A DNA stretch of 64,000 bases from Stramenopiles sp. TOSAG23-2 (Eukaryota), in assembly GCA_900128395.1 (NCBI GenBank), contig LT649242.1, forward strand, positions 1-64,000, read 5' to 3'. The notes beneath the pieces are model-generated. The model was given only the letters and a program-made list of their open reading frames with translations. It was not told the origin of the DNA and did no database searches. How positions within the stretch are numbered: the stretch's first letter is position 1; each line of letters starts with the position of its first letter. Below, one piece after another: positions 33,840 to 43,663 of this stretch. The position numbers and the translations under genes are program-made.

Positions 33840-36539
33840 ATGGCGTTATGGGAAGATAATAAATTCACTTCAAATAATGCAGCGTTATATGAGGAAGAAG
33901 GAAAAGTTGCTGAGTATGATATTGGAACAAATGGTAGTCCAACAGAAGTATATTGGTTAAGACCAAACGATGAATTTCCAACTGGTAATAATTTAGCAGA
34001 TCCACAATTATTTGTCGATGGGGATGAAGCTGGAGATGTCAGTGAAGGTAGTATGGATGATGCGTGGTTTATAGGTGCATTAGCAGCTGTTGCAGCACAC
34101 CCATTAGCACTAGTACAAAATTTATTTGTTGATGAGGATGAAGATGCATGGGCACGTGAAGGTCGATTAGCGTGTAGATTTTACAAAGATGGCGAGTGGA
34201 TCGAAGTTCCTGTAGATACAAAGATACCAATGAAATTAAAAGAAAAGGAGGAAACATGTGTTCCACTGTACGGTCGGTGCCGTAATCCAGAGGAACAGTG
34301 GATACAAATGGTAGAAAAAGCATATGCAAAGTTACATGGAACTTACAACGCTTTATCTGGTGGGCATGTTGGTGATGCATTAGTCGATTTAACTGGGGGT
34401 AGTGCACAAACAATTGTCTTGACAGATGACCCCGTTGCAGAAATGGTAAGCAAAGGCCGTCTATGGCCACGGATACAACGTTATTTGGATTATTATTATG
34501 TAATAACATGTGAAAAAACTGTTAGTAGTGGCATGGAAGATATAAAAGATGGTGAAGTTGATTTAGTAACTGGTTTGAAGCAAAGTAGGGCATATAGCAT
34601 TTTATGCGCAAAAGAAATCGGTGCTTTGCGGTTCATCAAGATACGCAATCCATGGGGAGAAGATGCTGCATGGCGTGGTGAATGGAGTGATGGTTCCCCA
34701 AAATGGGAGGAACATCCTGAAGTAGAACAAGCCATGAAAGAAGACACGGAGATTGGATTTGATCGTACTAATAAAGATGGAACATTTTGGATGGTATGGG
34801 AAGATTTTGTTAGACAATTTGATACATTATGCATGTGCCGTTTATTCGGTGAAGAATTCAATCAATATTTAATACAAGGTGAATGGGAAGGTCGTACAGC
34901 AGCTGGCGCTCATAAAATTATACGTGATTCCATGGCAACTACGAAAAAAGGGAAAAAGAATACGGGAAATGTGAAACGATCGCCAGAGAAAAAAACGGCC
35001 GATGAGGAAAAAAATGATGGTGGGCCACGTAAACGTAATGTTCATATTTCCAATCGCCGTGGTACATTTACGGAAACGGATGGTGATCCACGTTGGTTCA
35101 ACAATCCACAATATCGACTAGTTGTTGAGAAAGAAACAGAATGTTACATATCTTTAATGCAAAAAGATAGACGCGTTTTAAGACATGGCGATTCTCATTA
35201 CTCCATAGGTTTCGTCGTATTGCGACAAAAGAAAAATGAGAAAGGACGTATATGGGAACAAGATTTGAAATATACAATCACTGACAGTAGTAAATCACGT
35301 TTTGCGGGGTTGTTACCACGTAGAGAAGTGACAAAAGCAAGTATTGTTCTATCGCCAAAATATCATTATATCATAGTTCCGTACACAAGAAATTGGGGAG
35401 TTGAGATGCCATATACAATGAGAATATTCACACGCCAAGAAATGAAAGTGGAAGCATTGCCTGAATTATTTTGTAAAACATATGAAGGTAGTTGGACAAT
35501 TGGCGAGGAATTGGATACTGCAGGTGGCCCATTGACTATTAAAGGCACGGAGAAAGAAAATTTAAAATTTTGCCAAAATCCACAATATTTAGTACGTTTA
35601 CCAAAAACGAAAGATAGAGTCAGTTTGAAAGTAGTCTTAAAGCGTACCGATAAAAATGGTGTTGTGAAAGGGAAACGTGAAGGTAAAACGAATTTCCCAG
35701 GATTAGTCATTGTGAAGCCAGATCCACCACCAGCTACAGGGAAAAAGAAACGAATTGAAATCACAAATTTCATGGGCGAACCATTATCACCACACAAACG
35801 TGCGGAAGCAAAGGCAAAAGCAGCACGTATAGCACGTGGGGAAGAGATTATAGAGGAAGATAAAACAGTTGGTAAAGTTTCTCGTAAATTATCAATAGCA
35901 AAAGGTGACTGGTGTTGCAATAGTGATTTTTCTGATCGTGAAGCTGCTACGTGTACATTGCCAACGTTGATGCAAATATGGTGTGAAAATGGAATGATTA
36001 TTGTTCCCGTTTTACAACAACCTGGAATGGAAGGTTCATACATGTTGGAAGTTTTTAGTGAAATTCCAATATCGATGGAGGAAATGCCACAAACAAGAGA
36101 GAAAACAGTGGCATCGTCTTGGACTGAAAATTTAAGTGGTGGGATGCATATGAATGAGAATTGGAAAAGAAATCCAAAATTTAGTTTGGAATTGTTTACA
36201 GATAGGCCTGCAAAAGTTGATATTACATTATCAAGACCAGAAGATAGATGGGGTAGACGTGCAGTTAAAGATAGTGTTGGTACGATGATGGGTTTTTATT
36301 GCGTTTCAGGAACAAGAATTACGAAAGAACCAACAGGAATTTTTTATGATGGTAAACCATGGACACAAACACCATATATGCCAGTACATAAAATATCGAC
36401 ACCACCAAATTTTATGTTACAACCATTGAATGAAGGTGACGTTTATACTATCTTGCCAACAACGTTTGAACCGGATAGGCATGGTCCATTTTTTGTAACT
36501 GTGAAAGCTGATTGTGATTTTAGATTAACCACAAAATGA
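33840..36539 (+). CDS. Calpain-like protein (CysPc plus three domain-III-like repeats), catalytically inactive
   Basis: EKAYAKLHGTY, DLTGG, IRNPWG, WRGEWSD, DGTFWM and NPQY/NPKF repeats. Catalytic Cys is Ala and His is Arg. Confidence 0.92.
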   Translation: MALWEDNKFTSNNAALYEEEGKVAEYDIGTNGSPTEVYWLRPNDEFPTGNNLADPQLFVDGDEAGDVSEGSMDDAWFIGALAAVAAHPLALVQNLFVDEDEDAWAREGRLACRFYKDGEWIEVPVDTKIPMKLKEKEETCVPLYGRCRNPEEQWIQMVEKAYAKLHGTYNALSGGHVGDALVDLTGGSAQTIVLTDDPVAEMVSKGRLWPRIQRYLDYYYVITCEKTVSSGMEDIKDGEVDLVTGLKQSRAYSILCAKEIGALRFIKIRNPWGEDAAWRGEWSDGSPKWEEHPEVEQAMKEDTEIGFDRTNKDGTFWMVWEDFVRQFDTLCMCRLFGEEFNQYLIQGEWEGRTAAGAHKIIRDSMATTKKGKKNTGNVKRSPEKKTADEEKNDGGPRKRNVHISNRRGTFTETDGDPRWFNNPQYRLVVEKETECYISLMQKDRRVLRHGDSHYSIGFVVLRQKKNEKGRIWEQDLKYTITDSSKSRFAGLLPRREVTKASIVLSPKYHYIIVPYTRNWGVEMPYTMRIFTRQEMKVEALPELFCKTYEGSWTIGEELDTAGGPLTIKGTEKENLKFCQNPQYLVRLPKTKDRVSLKVVLKRTDKNGVVKGKREGKTNFPGLVIVKPDPPPATGKKKRIEITNFMGEPLSPHKRAEAKAKAARIARGEEIIEEDKTVGKVSRKLSIAKGDWCCNSDFSDREAATCTLPTLMQIWCENGMIIVPVLQQPGMEGSYMLEVFSEIPISMEEMPQTREKTVASSWTENLSGGMHMNENWKRNPKFSLELFTDRPAKVDITLSRPEDRWGRRAVKDSVGTMMGFYCVSGTRITKEPTGIFYDGKPWTQTPYMPVHKISTPPNFMLQPLNEGDVYTILPTTFEPDRHGPFFVTVKADCDFRLTTK

Positions 36540-36935
36540 TTGTTACATAGTAATGAGCAATATATATAATATACAATATGTAAATTATGAAGTCATGTGT
36601 GTCTATGTAAAACAAAAATAACACAAATGTAGCTGCAGCTGTGTAAGCATAAAAAAGGAGAAGAGCAAAAGGTGTGTATAAATGATATTTAATTTTATTA
36701 AAAGTATTCGATTTTATTTTCTGTGGAATTTTATATTTTTTTTATTATTACCATCCCAGAGTGCCCCCCCACCTCCTTACAGGTATTATATATCCTCCTA
36801 TAAATAATACTTTTTGACTTGTGCACTTAGAAAAATATATTTCTAATTATTGATAAAATGTAGATTAAATATTACAGACTATTTTTTTAAACATACTGTA
36901 AAGTAATTATTCATCCTTTTAAATCTAGAGAAGTA

Positions 36936-39900
36936 ATGGCCAAATTTTTATCAGAACAAGATTTTATCTTTCATCGAATTGATGGTAGTAGTGATAGTGA
37001 CAATGCAATAATAAAAGATACTGCATTAATATTAAATCAAGAGTGGCCAAATATCAAATTACAATCAAGAATTGAATGGTTATCTCGGAGTTCGATTAAT
37101 AACTTACCAGCATCTTGGGTGTTATTAAATACTAATAATAAAGCAATCGCGCATGTGCGACTTTCAACTAAGTACAAAGAAGAACAGAGTATAAGCAATA
37201 ACAACAATAACGATAACAATGTCAAGAAAAATTTACGTGAAAATATTTCTGTAATTGCGACGTCTGTTGTTGTTGCGAAACAACTTCGTGGCCTTGGCGT
37301 AGGTAAAATTTTGTTAAAAAAAATGCATGAATGCTGTTTTGACTTGGGTTTTGGCAGAGTAGTATTATGGACAACCGATGCTGTCGGGTTTTATTTAAAA
37401 TCAGGATATAAAAAAATTCAGCCGTTGAAAAAGAATATCCCGAATGTAATTGCAAAACATTTTTCAGATACATCATTAGATAATTTACGCAATGTCTTAA
37501 TGAAAAAGCGAAAAAGTATCAATAATAATAATAACAATAATAAAACAAACCAAAAAATAGCTACAAGCGAATCAGTAAGTGAAATTTTAGACGGTGATTC
37601 AAATTTAGAAAATAACACTTGGCTTGCTTTTCGAGTTCGAAGTTCCTTTAAACCATTTTATCGTAATAAAAAAGCTATGGAAGAAGAAATGAATCATTTA
37701 TTAGAGAGTGGGCATTTCACTAATAAACAAACTAATAATGATGTTGACGAATTGAAAACTACATACATTAATCATGTCCCATTTGAAAATCAAATTGGTC
37801 CTATGTGTGGTATCTCGGCATTAAATTGTATGAAAGAATATTTTAAGAACACAGTCAAAGCAAAGAATTTGGATATTAATTCAATACAGGTTGATAAGAT
37901 TATTATAAAATCTAAAGATGCTGATGGTAATAATATTGTAATGGAAAAATACAAATCAAATAAAAGTGGATGGGGGAAATCATGTTCAACAATGTCATCA
38001 TCATCATTATCATCACAGCAACAACAACAACAACAACAACCTATCTCAATTTTAGAACAAGCGCAGAAAGAAAAGATTACAACAGACGGGGAATTATTTG
38101 ATATTAAAAAAATTGGTAAATTGGCAGCAATGGATGTTTGTGATTTAAATTCAGTTGTTGTTGAACGTATGTCATTACGTCTTATCATAAATTTATTGTT
38201 AAATCGATTGCCTGTATTAATCTGCTACGACAGATCGTCATCTTCATCTATTTATGGTGTCTCCATGAAAAAAGGTAAAGCGGCGCATTGGGCTCTTATT
38301 GTTGGTTTCATACTAACAAAACAAATGAGGGATAGCAATAGTCATATGTTAAATACTAGCAATAGTGATAATAATGGAAAATACAAATATGTCTGGTTAG
38401 ATGAACATAAAACAAATATCCAACAACATGCCATTCATTATGCTGTTGATGATGATTGTAACGATGATATCAACAATGATCCAATACTGATATTGCAGCA
38501 TGGTATGTCTCAAAAAGTATTATTTTGCCCTTGGAGTAAGTTAAAAGCATCAAACTTACAAGTTGAGGAATATGCAAGAACCTTATCAGAAGATAATTCA
38601 CTGCGCTATAAAAAGTTAGAATGGAAACATATTTCAAAACCAACCTTGAAAAATTGTATTTTATTTCTTTATCCAACATTATCAGAAACATTGCAAAAAG
38701 AGAAATGGTCAAATGTCCTAGATGCGTATTGCAAGACAAATTATTACATAGATATAACATCCTCGCAAGCAATTAATCAAGTCAACGTTATGATAAATCA
38801 TGAATTACCAAAACAATTGTTAGATTGGTTATTTACATATACAAATTCATATCGTACAGAATGGTTCATAGCTACTGCATTTAATCCAAATTCAAAGCCA
38901 TGCGACGTTGCCACGAATTTACAAGAAAACGATGTACTAGAGAAATACATTATTGAAAAAAAGTGGTTATATTTAAAAGGTATAGGCCAAGATCCAAACA
39001 TGGAATGGCCAGGTGAAAATCACTTTTTAATATGTGCTACTTATATGGATGCAATGGAAATTATGGCTCGTTTTCATCAAAACGCAGTCGTTGTATCCTC
39101 ATCTGCCATAGTAAATGATCAAATGATTCAAAAATTACCAAATCTTCATGCAAAATTATTATTTAATAATGGTTACGTCTACCCACCCCACAAAGAGGAG
39201 GATGATAAAGAAGCGCACATAGAGGATATACTACCTCCAAATAATACAAGAAGAAGAAGAAGAAGACAACGTACTCGGCATGAACCACTAATTGAGAATA
39301 AACGCCCTATTAATTTAGTATTAATCGGTGGAGGTGTTGCAAGTATAAGTTGCATTGATACTATTCTTGACATTGCAAATTTAAATGAGTCGAATGAAGC
39401 TTCAAGTATTGAAATATATTTAATTACCCCGTCAGAGAATATACAAAGATTGAAAAAAAAACGGCGATTATCAAGTTATTTAAAAGAATATGAGATAAAA
39501 TATGAAAATGCTGCGATATTAGCAAATAAAGGTGTTAAGGTAATTCAAGATACTGCAAAAGGTTTGAATATGGAAGAAAAGCAAGTTTTGTTGGAGTCAG
39601 AAAATATCGTATCATTTGATAAATTATTTATTGGTACAGGCGCTTTGCCGAATCTACTTTTTCGTTCCCCATTCTGTCTTAGTGTACGAGACAAAGCAAG
39701 TGTAATCGATCTAGGTAAGCGTGTTAGCACTTCTACACATGTTGTCATTGTTGGAAATGGTGCTATTGCAATGGAAATGGTTGAAGCCTTGCGTGGTACT
39801 ATGATCGACATAACTTGGGTAGTAAAAGACAGTTACGTTGGCAATACATTTTTTGATCAGAGTGCATCTGCATTTTTTCAATCAAAAATATTTGAAAATA

Positions 39901-41033
39901 GAAGACGATCTGATTGTCATAAATATGCAATTCCACTATCAAATGCAAATCATTTTCAGTGGCAAATACTATCACATGATGATGTTAAGAATAAGGCAGA
40001 TGATGAGCAAATGTTTGTTGATGAAGATGAATTGAACAATGCAATAAATATAGAAAACAACGTATTGTTTGGACATTCACTAGGACCGAGCTGGTTAAAT
40101 GTTTTGAATCAAAATATAAAAGATAATAAAGTAGACAAGAATGATAATAATTTTACTGACGATGATAACAATAATGCTGGAATGGAAAATAGTATTAGTA
40201 GTCTTCCAAAATTGAATGTAGTTTATAATGCAACTATTGCAAAATATGCAGATACATCTATGGATGACACAAATGAATGGAATTTGCACATTTGCTTAGG
40301 AAATGGAAGTATTTATTGTTGCGATTATCTTATTTCTGCTACAGGGGTACTTCCAAATACCCATTTCGTTCGTAGTAGTAATGTTAATGACAATATTTAT
40401 TTCGCAGAAGATGGTGGTATACCAGTAAAAAGTAACTCTATGCAAACGTTCTTTTCAAATGATGTATATGCTGCAGGTGATTGCTGTACAATCGTAGTTG
40501 AAAGGGAGGAGGAAGAGGAGGATAGCAACCATTGGTTTCAAATGCGGCTATGGGACCAAGCAATGTATACAGGGCAAAAAGCTGGGATTTCTATGATGTC
40601 TTTTGAAAATAAATTTTACGATTCGTTAAATTTTGAATTATTTACACATGTAACAGAGGCATTTGGATACAAAGTTGTGTTGTTGGGGCGTTACAATGGT
40701 CAAGGTATGAGTGAAGAGTATATCAATGCACTGCAGTCTATTTCACTTGAAGCAATAGAATCATCCTCTCCATCGTCTTTAAATTTAAATAAGTATAAAT
40801 CAACCGCAATGTCGACATTGAAAAACGATAATGATGTTGAAATTTTCTTACGATGTACACCTGGTACTGAATATATTAAAGTTGTAGCGGTAAATAATAA
40901 AGTTTGTGGGGCTATATTAATTGGCGAAACAGATTTAGAAGAGACATTCGAAAATTTAATTTTATCACAAATAAATATCAAAGGTATGGATTTATTAGAT
41001 CCTAATATTGATTTAGAGGATTATTTTGATTGA
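36936..41033 (+). CDS. Four-domain fusion: NAA80-like GNAT, ACTMAP-like cysteine protease, DUF3293-like domain, PYROXD1
   Basis: Single 1365-aa ORF: LNQEWP...AHVRLS...SVVVAKQLRGLGVG; QIGPMCGISAL...GELF...CYD...KGKAAHWA...SNLQV; TAFNPNS...EWPGE...RFHQNAVV; IGGGVAS...WFQMRLWDQA...LLDPNIDLEDYFD. Confidence 0.88.
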   Translation: MAKFLSEQDFIFHRIDGSSDSDNAIIKDTALILNQEWPNIKLQSRIEWLSRSSINNLPASWVLLNTNNKAIAHVRLSTKYKEEQSISNNNNNDNNVKKNLRENISVIATSVVVAKQLRGLGVGKILLKKMHECCFDLGFGRVVLWTTDAVGFYLKSGYKKIQPLKKNIPNVIAKHFSDTSLDNLRNVLMKKRKSINNNNNNNKTNQKIATSESVSEILDGDSNLENNTWLAFRVRSSFKPFYRNKKAMEEEMNHLLESGHFTNKQTNNDVDELKTTYINHVPFENQIGPMCGISALNCMKEYFKNTVKAKNLDINSIQVDKIIIKSKDADGNNIVMEKYKSNKSGWGKSCSTMSSSSLSSQQQQQQQQPISILEQAQKEKITTDGELFDIKKIGKLAAMDVCDLNSVVVERMSLRLIINLLLNRLPVLICYDRSSSSSIYGVSMKKGKAAHWALIVGFILTKQMRDSNSHMLNTSNSDNNGKYKYVWLDEHKTNIQQHAIHYAVDDDCNDDINNDPILILQHGMSQKVLFCPWSKLKASNLQVEEYARTLSEDNSLRYKKLEWKHISKPTLKNCILFLYPTLSETLQKEKWSNVLDAYCKTNYYIDITSSQAINQVNVMINHELPKQLLDWLFTYTNSYRTEWFIATAFNPNSKPCDVATNLQENDVLEKYIIEKKWLYLKGIGQDPNMEWPGENHFLICATYMDAMEIMARFHQNAVVVSSSAIVNDQMIQKLPNLHAKLLFNNGYVYPPHKEEDDKEAHIEDILPPNNTRRRRRRQRTRHEPLIENKRPINLVLIGGGVASISCIDTILDIANLNESNEASSIEIYLITPSENIQRLKKKRRLSSYLKEYEIKYENAAILANKGVKVIQDTAKGLNMEEKQVLLESENIVSFDKLFIGTGALPNLLFRSPFCLSVRDKASVIDLGKRVSTSTHVVIVGNGAIAMEMVEALRGTMIDITWVVKDSYVGNTFFDQSASAFFQSKIFENRRRSDCHKYAIPLSNANHFQWQILSHDDVKNKADDEQMFVDEDELNNAINIENNVLFGHSLGPSWLNVLNQNIKDNKVDKNDNNFTDDDNNNAGMENSISSLPKLNVVYNATIAKYADTSMDDTNEWNLHICLGNGSIYCCDYLISATGVLPNTHFVRSSNVNDNIYFAEDGGIPVKSNSMQTFFSNDVYAAGDCCTIVVEREEEEEDSNHWFQMRLWDQAMYTGQKAGISMMSFENKFYDSLNFELFTHVTEAFGYKVVLLGRYNGQGMSEEYINALQSISLEAIESSSPSSLNLNKYKSTAMSTLKNDNDVEIFLRCTPGTEYIKVVAVNNKVCGAILIGETDLEETFENLILSQINIKGMDLLDPNIDLEDYFD

Positions 41034-41370
41034 AAAGTGCAAAAGGGGAGATTAAAAATATCTCATTCTGTTGCGCATTCTTGATATTTGTGTTTACGTA
41101 ATAAAGAGCTTATTTTTATATTATATATTACGTATAATCATATCATAATCATATCATATCATAGTCACATATATCATTAAATTTATTTTTATATTTTTAA
41201 ATAACTTATATATAATGGTGGTTAAAATCTAAGTTATAACTTAATGATATGTCATTTGATTTTATCCATCATTATCATACGAAGCGTTCGTATTATATAT
41301 ACGCGTACGATCGTATCATACTCGTACTTCGCACTTCGTAGATATTAAATATTTGGCTCAAACACTATTT

Positions 41371-41396
41371 ATTCTTTTGAGAGTAGGAATTATCAT
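41371..41396 (+). repeat. Dispersed intergenic motif, copy 4
   Basis: attcttttgagagtaggaattatcat. Confidence 0.9.
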
Positions 41397-41509
41397 GGGG
41401 TATGATAGAAATAAAAAAATTAAAATAATGCGCGTATACTTTTTATTAAAGCTTATAATTTAATTTACTTTTTTTATATTTTTAAATATGATAAAAATAA
41501 AAAACAATT

Positions 41510-42007
41510 TTAACTCACAATGTCCATTACAAGTGCAACACCTGCTAATGTCCATCTAGCTGGTGGCGATTTCGTTTTCAACTGTGCAACAAATACAAAT
41601 GTCGGGCCACGTTGTAACGTTTTGTAAACTGGGCATTGATAAATATTTGAAGTGGATGCTTTATCGCTTGCGATAGAACGGCAATTAATAATTGGCATTT
41701 GACAGAACATCTCACGTGGTGTTGCTTTCGTAATTGCACCATCATTTGGTGCCCATTTTGCACCTTCCATATATAAGCCATGTAAGTAAGCGCCATCGCG
41801 GGATCTGCTATCGATTTCCTCGGCATTCATTCTTTTCGTCATTTCTGTTAGAGTTATCAATTTATCCAATGCATCCCCAGTTCTTTGTGCTGTCATTTGT
41901 TTAATAGCAGTCAAAAACGATTGTGGATTTGAAAATCCGGCTATCCATGTAACTACAGGAATATCAGCTGGATTCCCAGTCCAATCAACCAATTGTTCGT
42001 ATCTTGT
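41510..42007 (-). pseudogene. Orphan C-terminal fragment of an axonemal dynein heavy chain
   Basis: RYEQLVDW, WIAGFSNPQSFLTAIKQ, HGLYMEGAKW, YQCPVYKT and WTLAGVALVM. In-frame stop just upstream and only about 600 bp to the next gene. Confidence 0.8.
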
Positions 42008-42604
42008 ATCTTATTCTTGTTCTTGTATATATACATATACATTGTTATTGATCATAAATGTATTTGCTTGTATTTTAACACTATTCATCATGTGATTCGA
42101 TGTACAAATAGCTTATTCAAATAATCCATATTCTTCGGTTTTTCCTACCGCTGTGCTGCTGATGGCCATAGTATTTCCATTGCAAAAAATATCGTTATAA
42201 CTCCAGTTTGTTACATGGTATTTATAAATTTCACAACAATGCTATGTGCATGGAAGAGTTTCCAAAGTTAAAATGTAAAAAGAATCAATATTCATAGTTA
42301 AAATTACCTTAAATCCGAAGAAGAAAAATCAGGAAAAGAAGATTAAGATTTCAAAAACGTTTTTAGTAGTTTTTGTTGTTTCTTACTATTTTCAATTCAT
42401 TCAATAATATTAATTGAATTAATGCAATAAAAAGTACACTGCTTCATAATATTCTTTTGTTTGTTTCTATCTTTCACCTGATTTATTGTAGCTATTGTTC
42501 ATATTGATTTGATTTTTTTTTTTAAAGAAAGAACAATTAAAGAATAAACGGTGTATAATATATAAGAAAATATTAAAAGAAACAAAAAGTAAATCTTGGA
42601 CAAA

Positions 42605-43288
42605 ATGTTTATGGCATCTTCCCAACGTGATAAAATAGATGCAATGCGTGTTTCGGATGAGTTATTAGGGAATGGAACAACAACTGCTTTAGTAACACGT
42701 GGGCGTTTACGAGTGAAAACAGCATATGATGAAGGTGTATGCAAATGTGAAAAAGTGGAGGAATATGATGTTAGAACAGATGAATTGTTGTTGAGGAAAT
42801 GGAGACAAAATAAAGGCTTAGCCGGTATGGGTAAATTCATTATTGAAATAGGTGAAGAGGCTGGTGCATCCACTGTTAATGATGTGTCGGTAACAGATAA
42901 TAATAAAGAATTATTATTTCGTCCAAATAATAATAGGAATCCAGTATTCATGCCTCAAGACACTAAAATGGCATGGAGGTGGCGTATACGAAATTTGCCA
43001 TATCCAAAAGATGTATATCAAATTACTGTTGATAATGATAAGCAACAAATTATTTTAAGAACAACTAATAAAAAATATTATAAACGTTTTGACATTCCTG
43101 CTTTGAAAAGAAGTGAAATGCCTTTAGATCGCAGTGATTTATCCTTCTCACATGAAGGAACAACATTATTAATATTGTATGCTAAGCCACGTAAAATATT
43201 GTATCAAGAGGAACAGGCAAGACAGGCAAGGAAAAGAGCACCAAAATCTGATGGAGAAATCGATCCAAATAGTTGTAAACAGCAATAA
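42605..43288 (+). CDS. DPCD: DPCD family protein
   Basis: EEYDVRTDELLLRKWR, EIGE, NPVF, WRIRNLPYPKDVY, RTTNKKYYKRFDIP and C-terminal CKQQ. First ATG at 42605. Confidence 0.93.
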   Translation: MFMASSQRDKIDAMRVSDELLGNGTTTALVTRGRLRVKTAYDEGVCKCEKVEEYDVRTDELLLRKWRQNKGLAGMGKFIIEIGEEAGASTVNDVSVTDNNKELLFRPNNNRNPVFMPQDTKMAWRWRIRNLPYPKDVYQITVDNDKQQIILRTTNKKYYKRFDIPALKRSEMPLDRSDLSFSHEGTTLLILYAKPRKILYQEEQARQARKRAPKSDGEIDPNSCKQQ

Positions 43289-43663
43289 ATATTTTTTGTG
43301 TCGTTTGAAATGAAATTTTAAAGTGTGTTTTTATTATTTTAAAAAAATATATATCATACGTCTGATATGATATGATGATATTTTAATTTTTTAAAAAAAT
43401 ATAATATTATAATGGTTAATAAAATCTAAGTTATATTCGTATAATAATTTTACTTCTCGTGTTAAATAATATATATGCTATATATATCATACGAACGGTT
43501 CGTATAAAATTTATACGCGTACTCGTAAAATATTTTATACAAACCGTACAGTATAATATATCATATCTCATATCATCATACGAAGTATCAATAGTACTAA
43601 TAAAATACTAGTTTAAAAAACGTATTTATATCACATCAATATCATACAGTGCATGTAATATTT

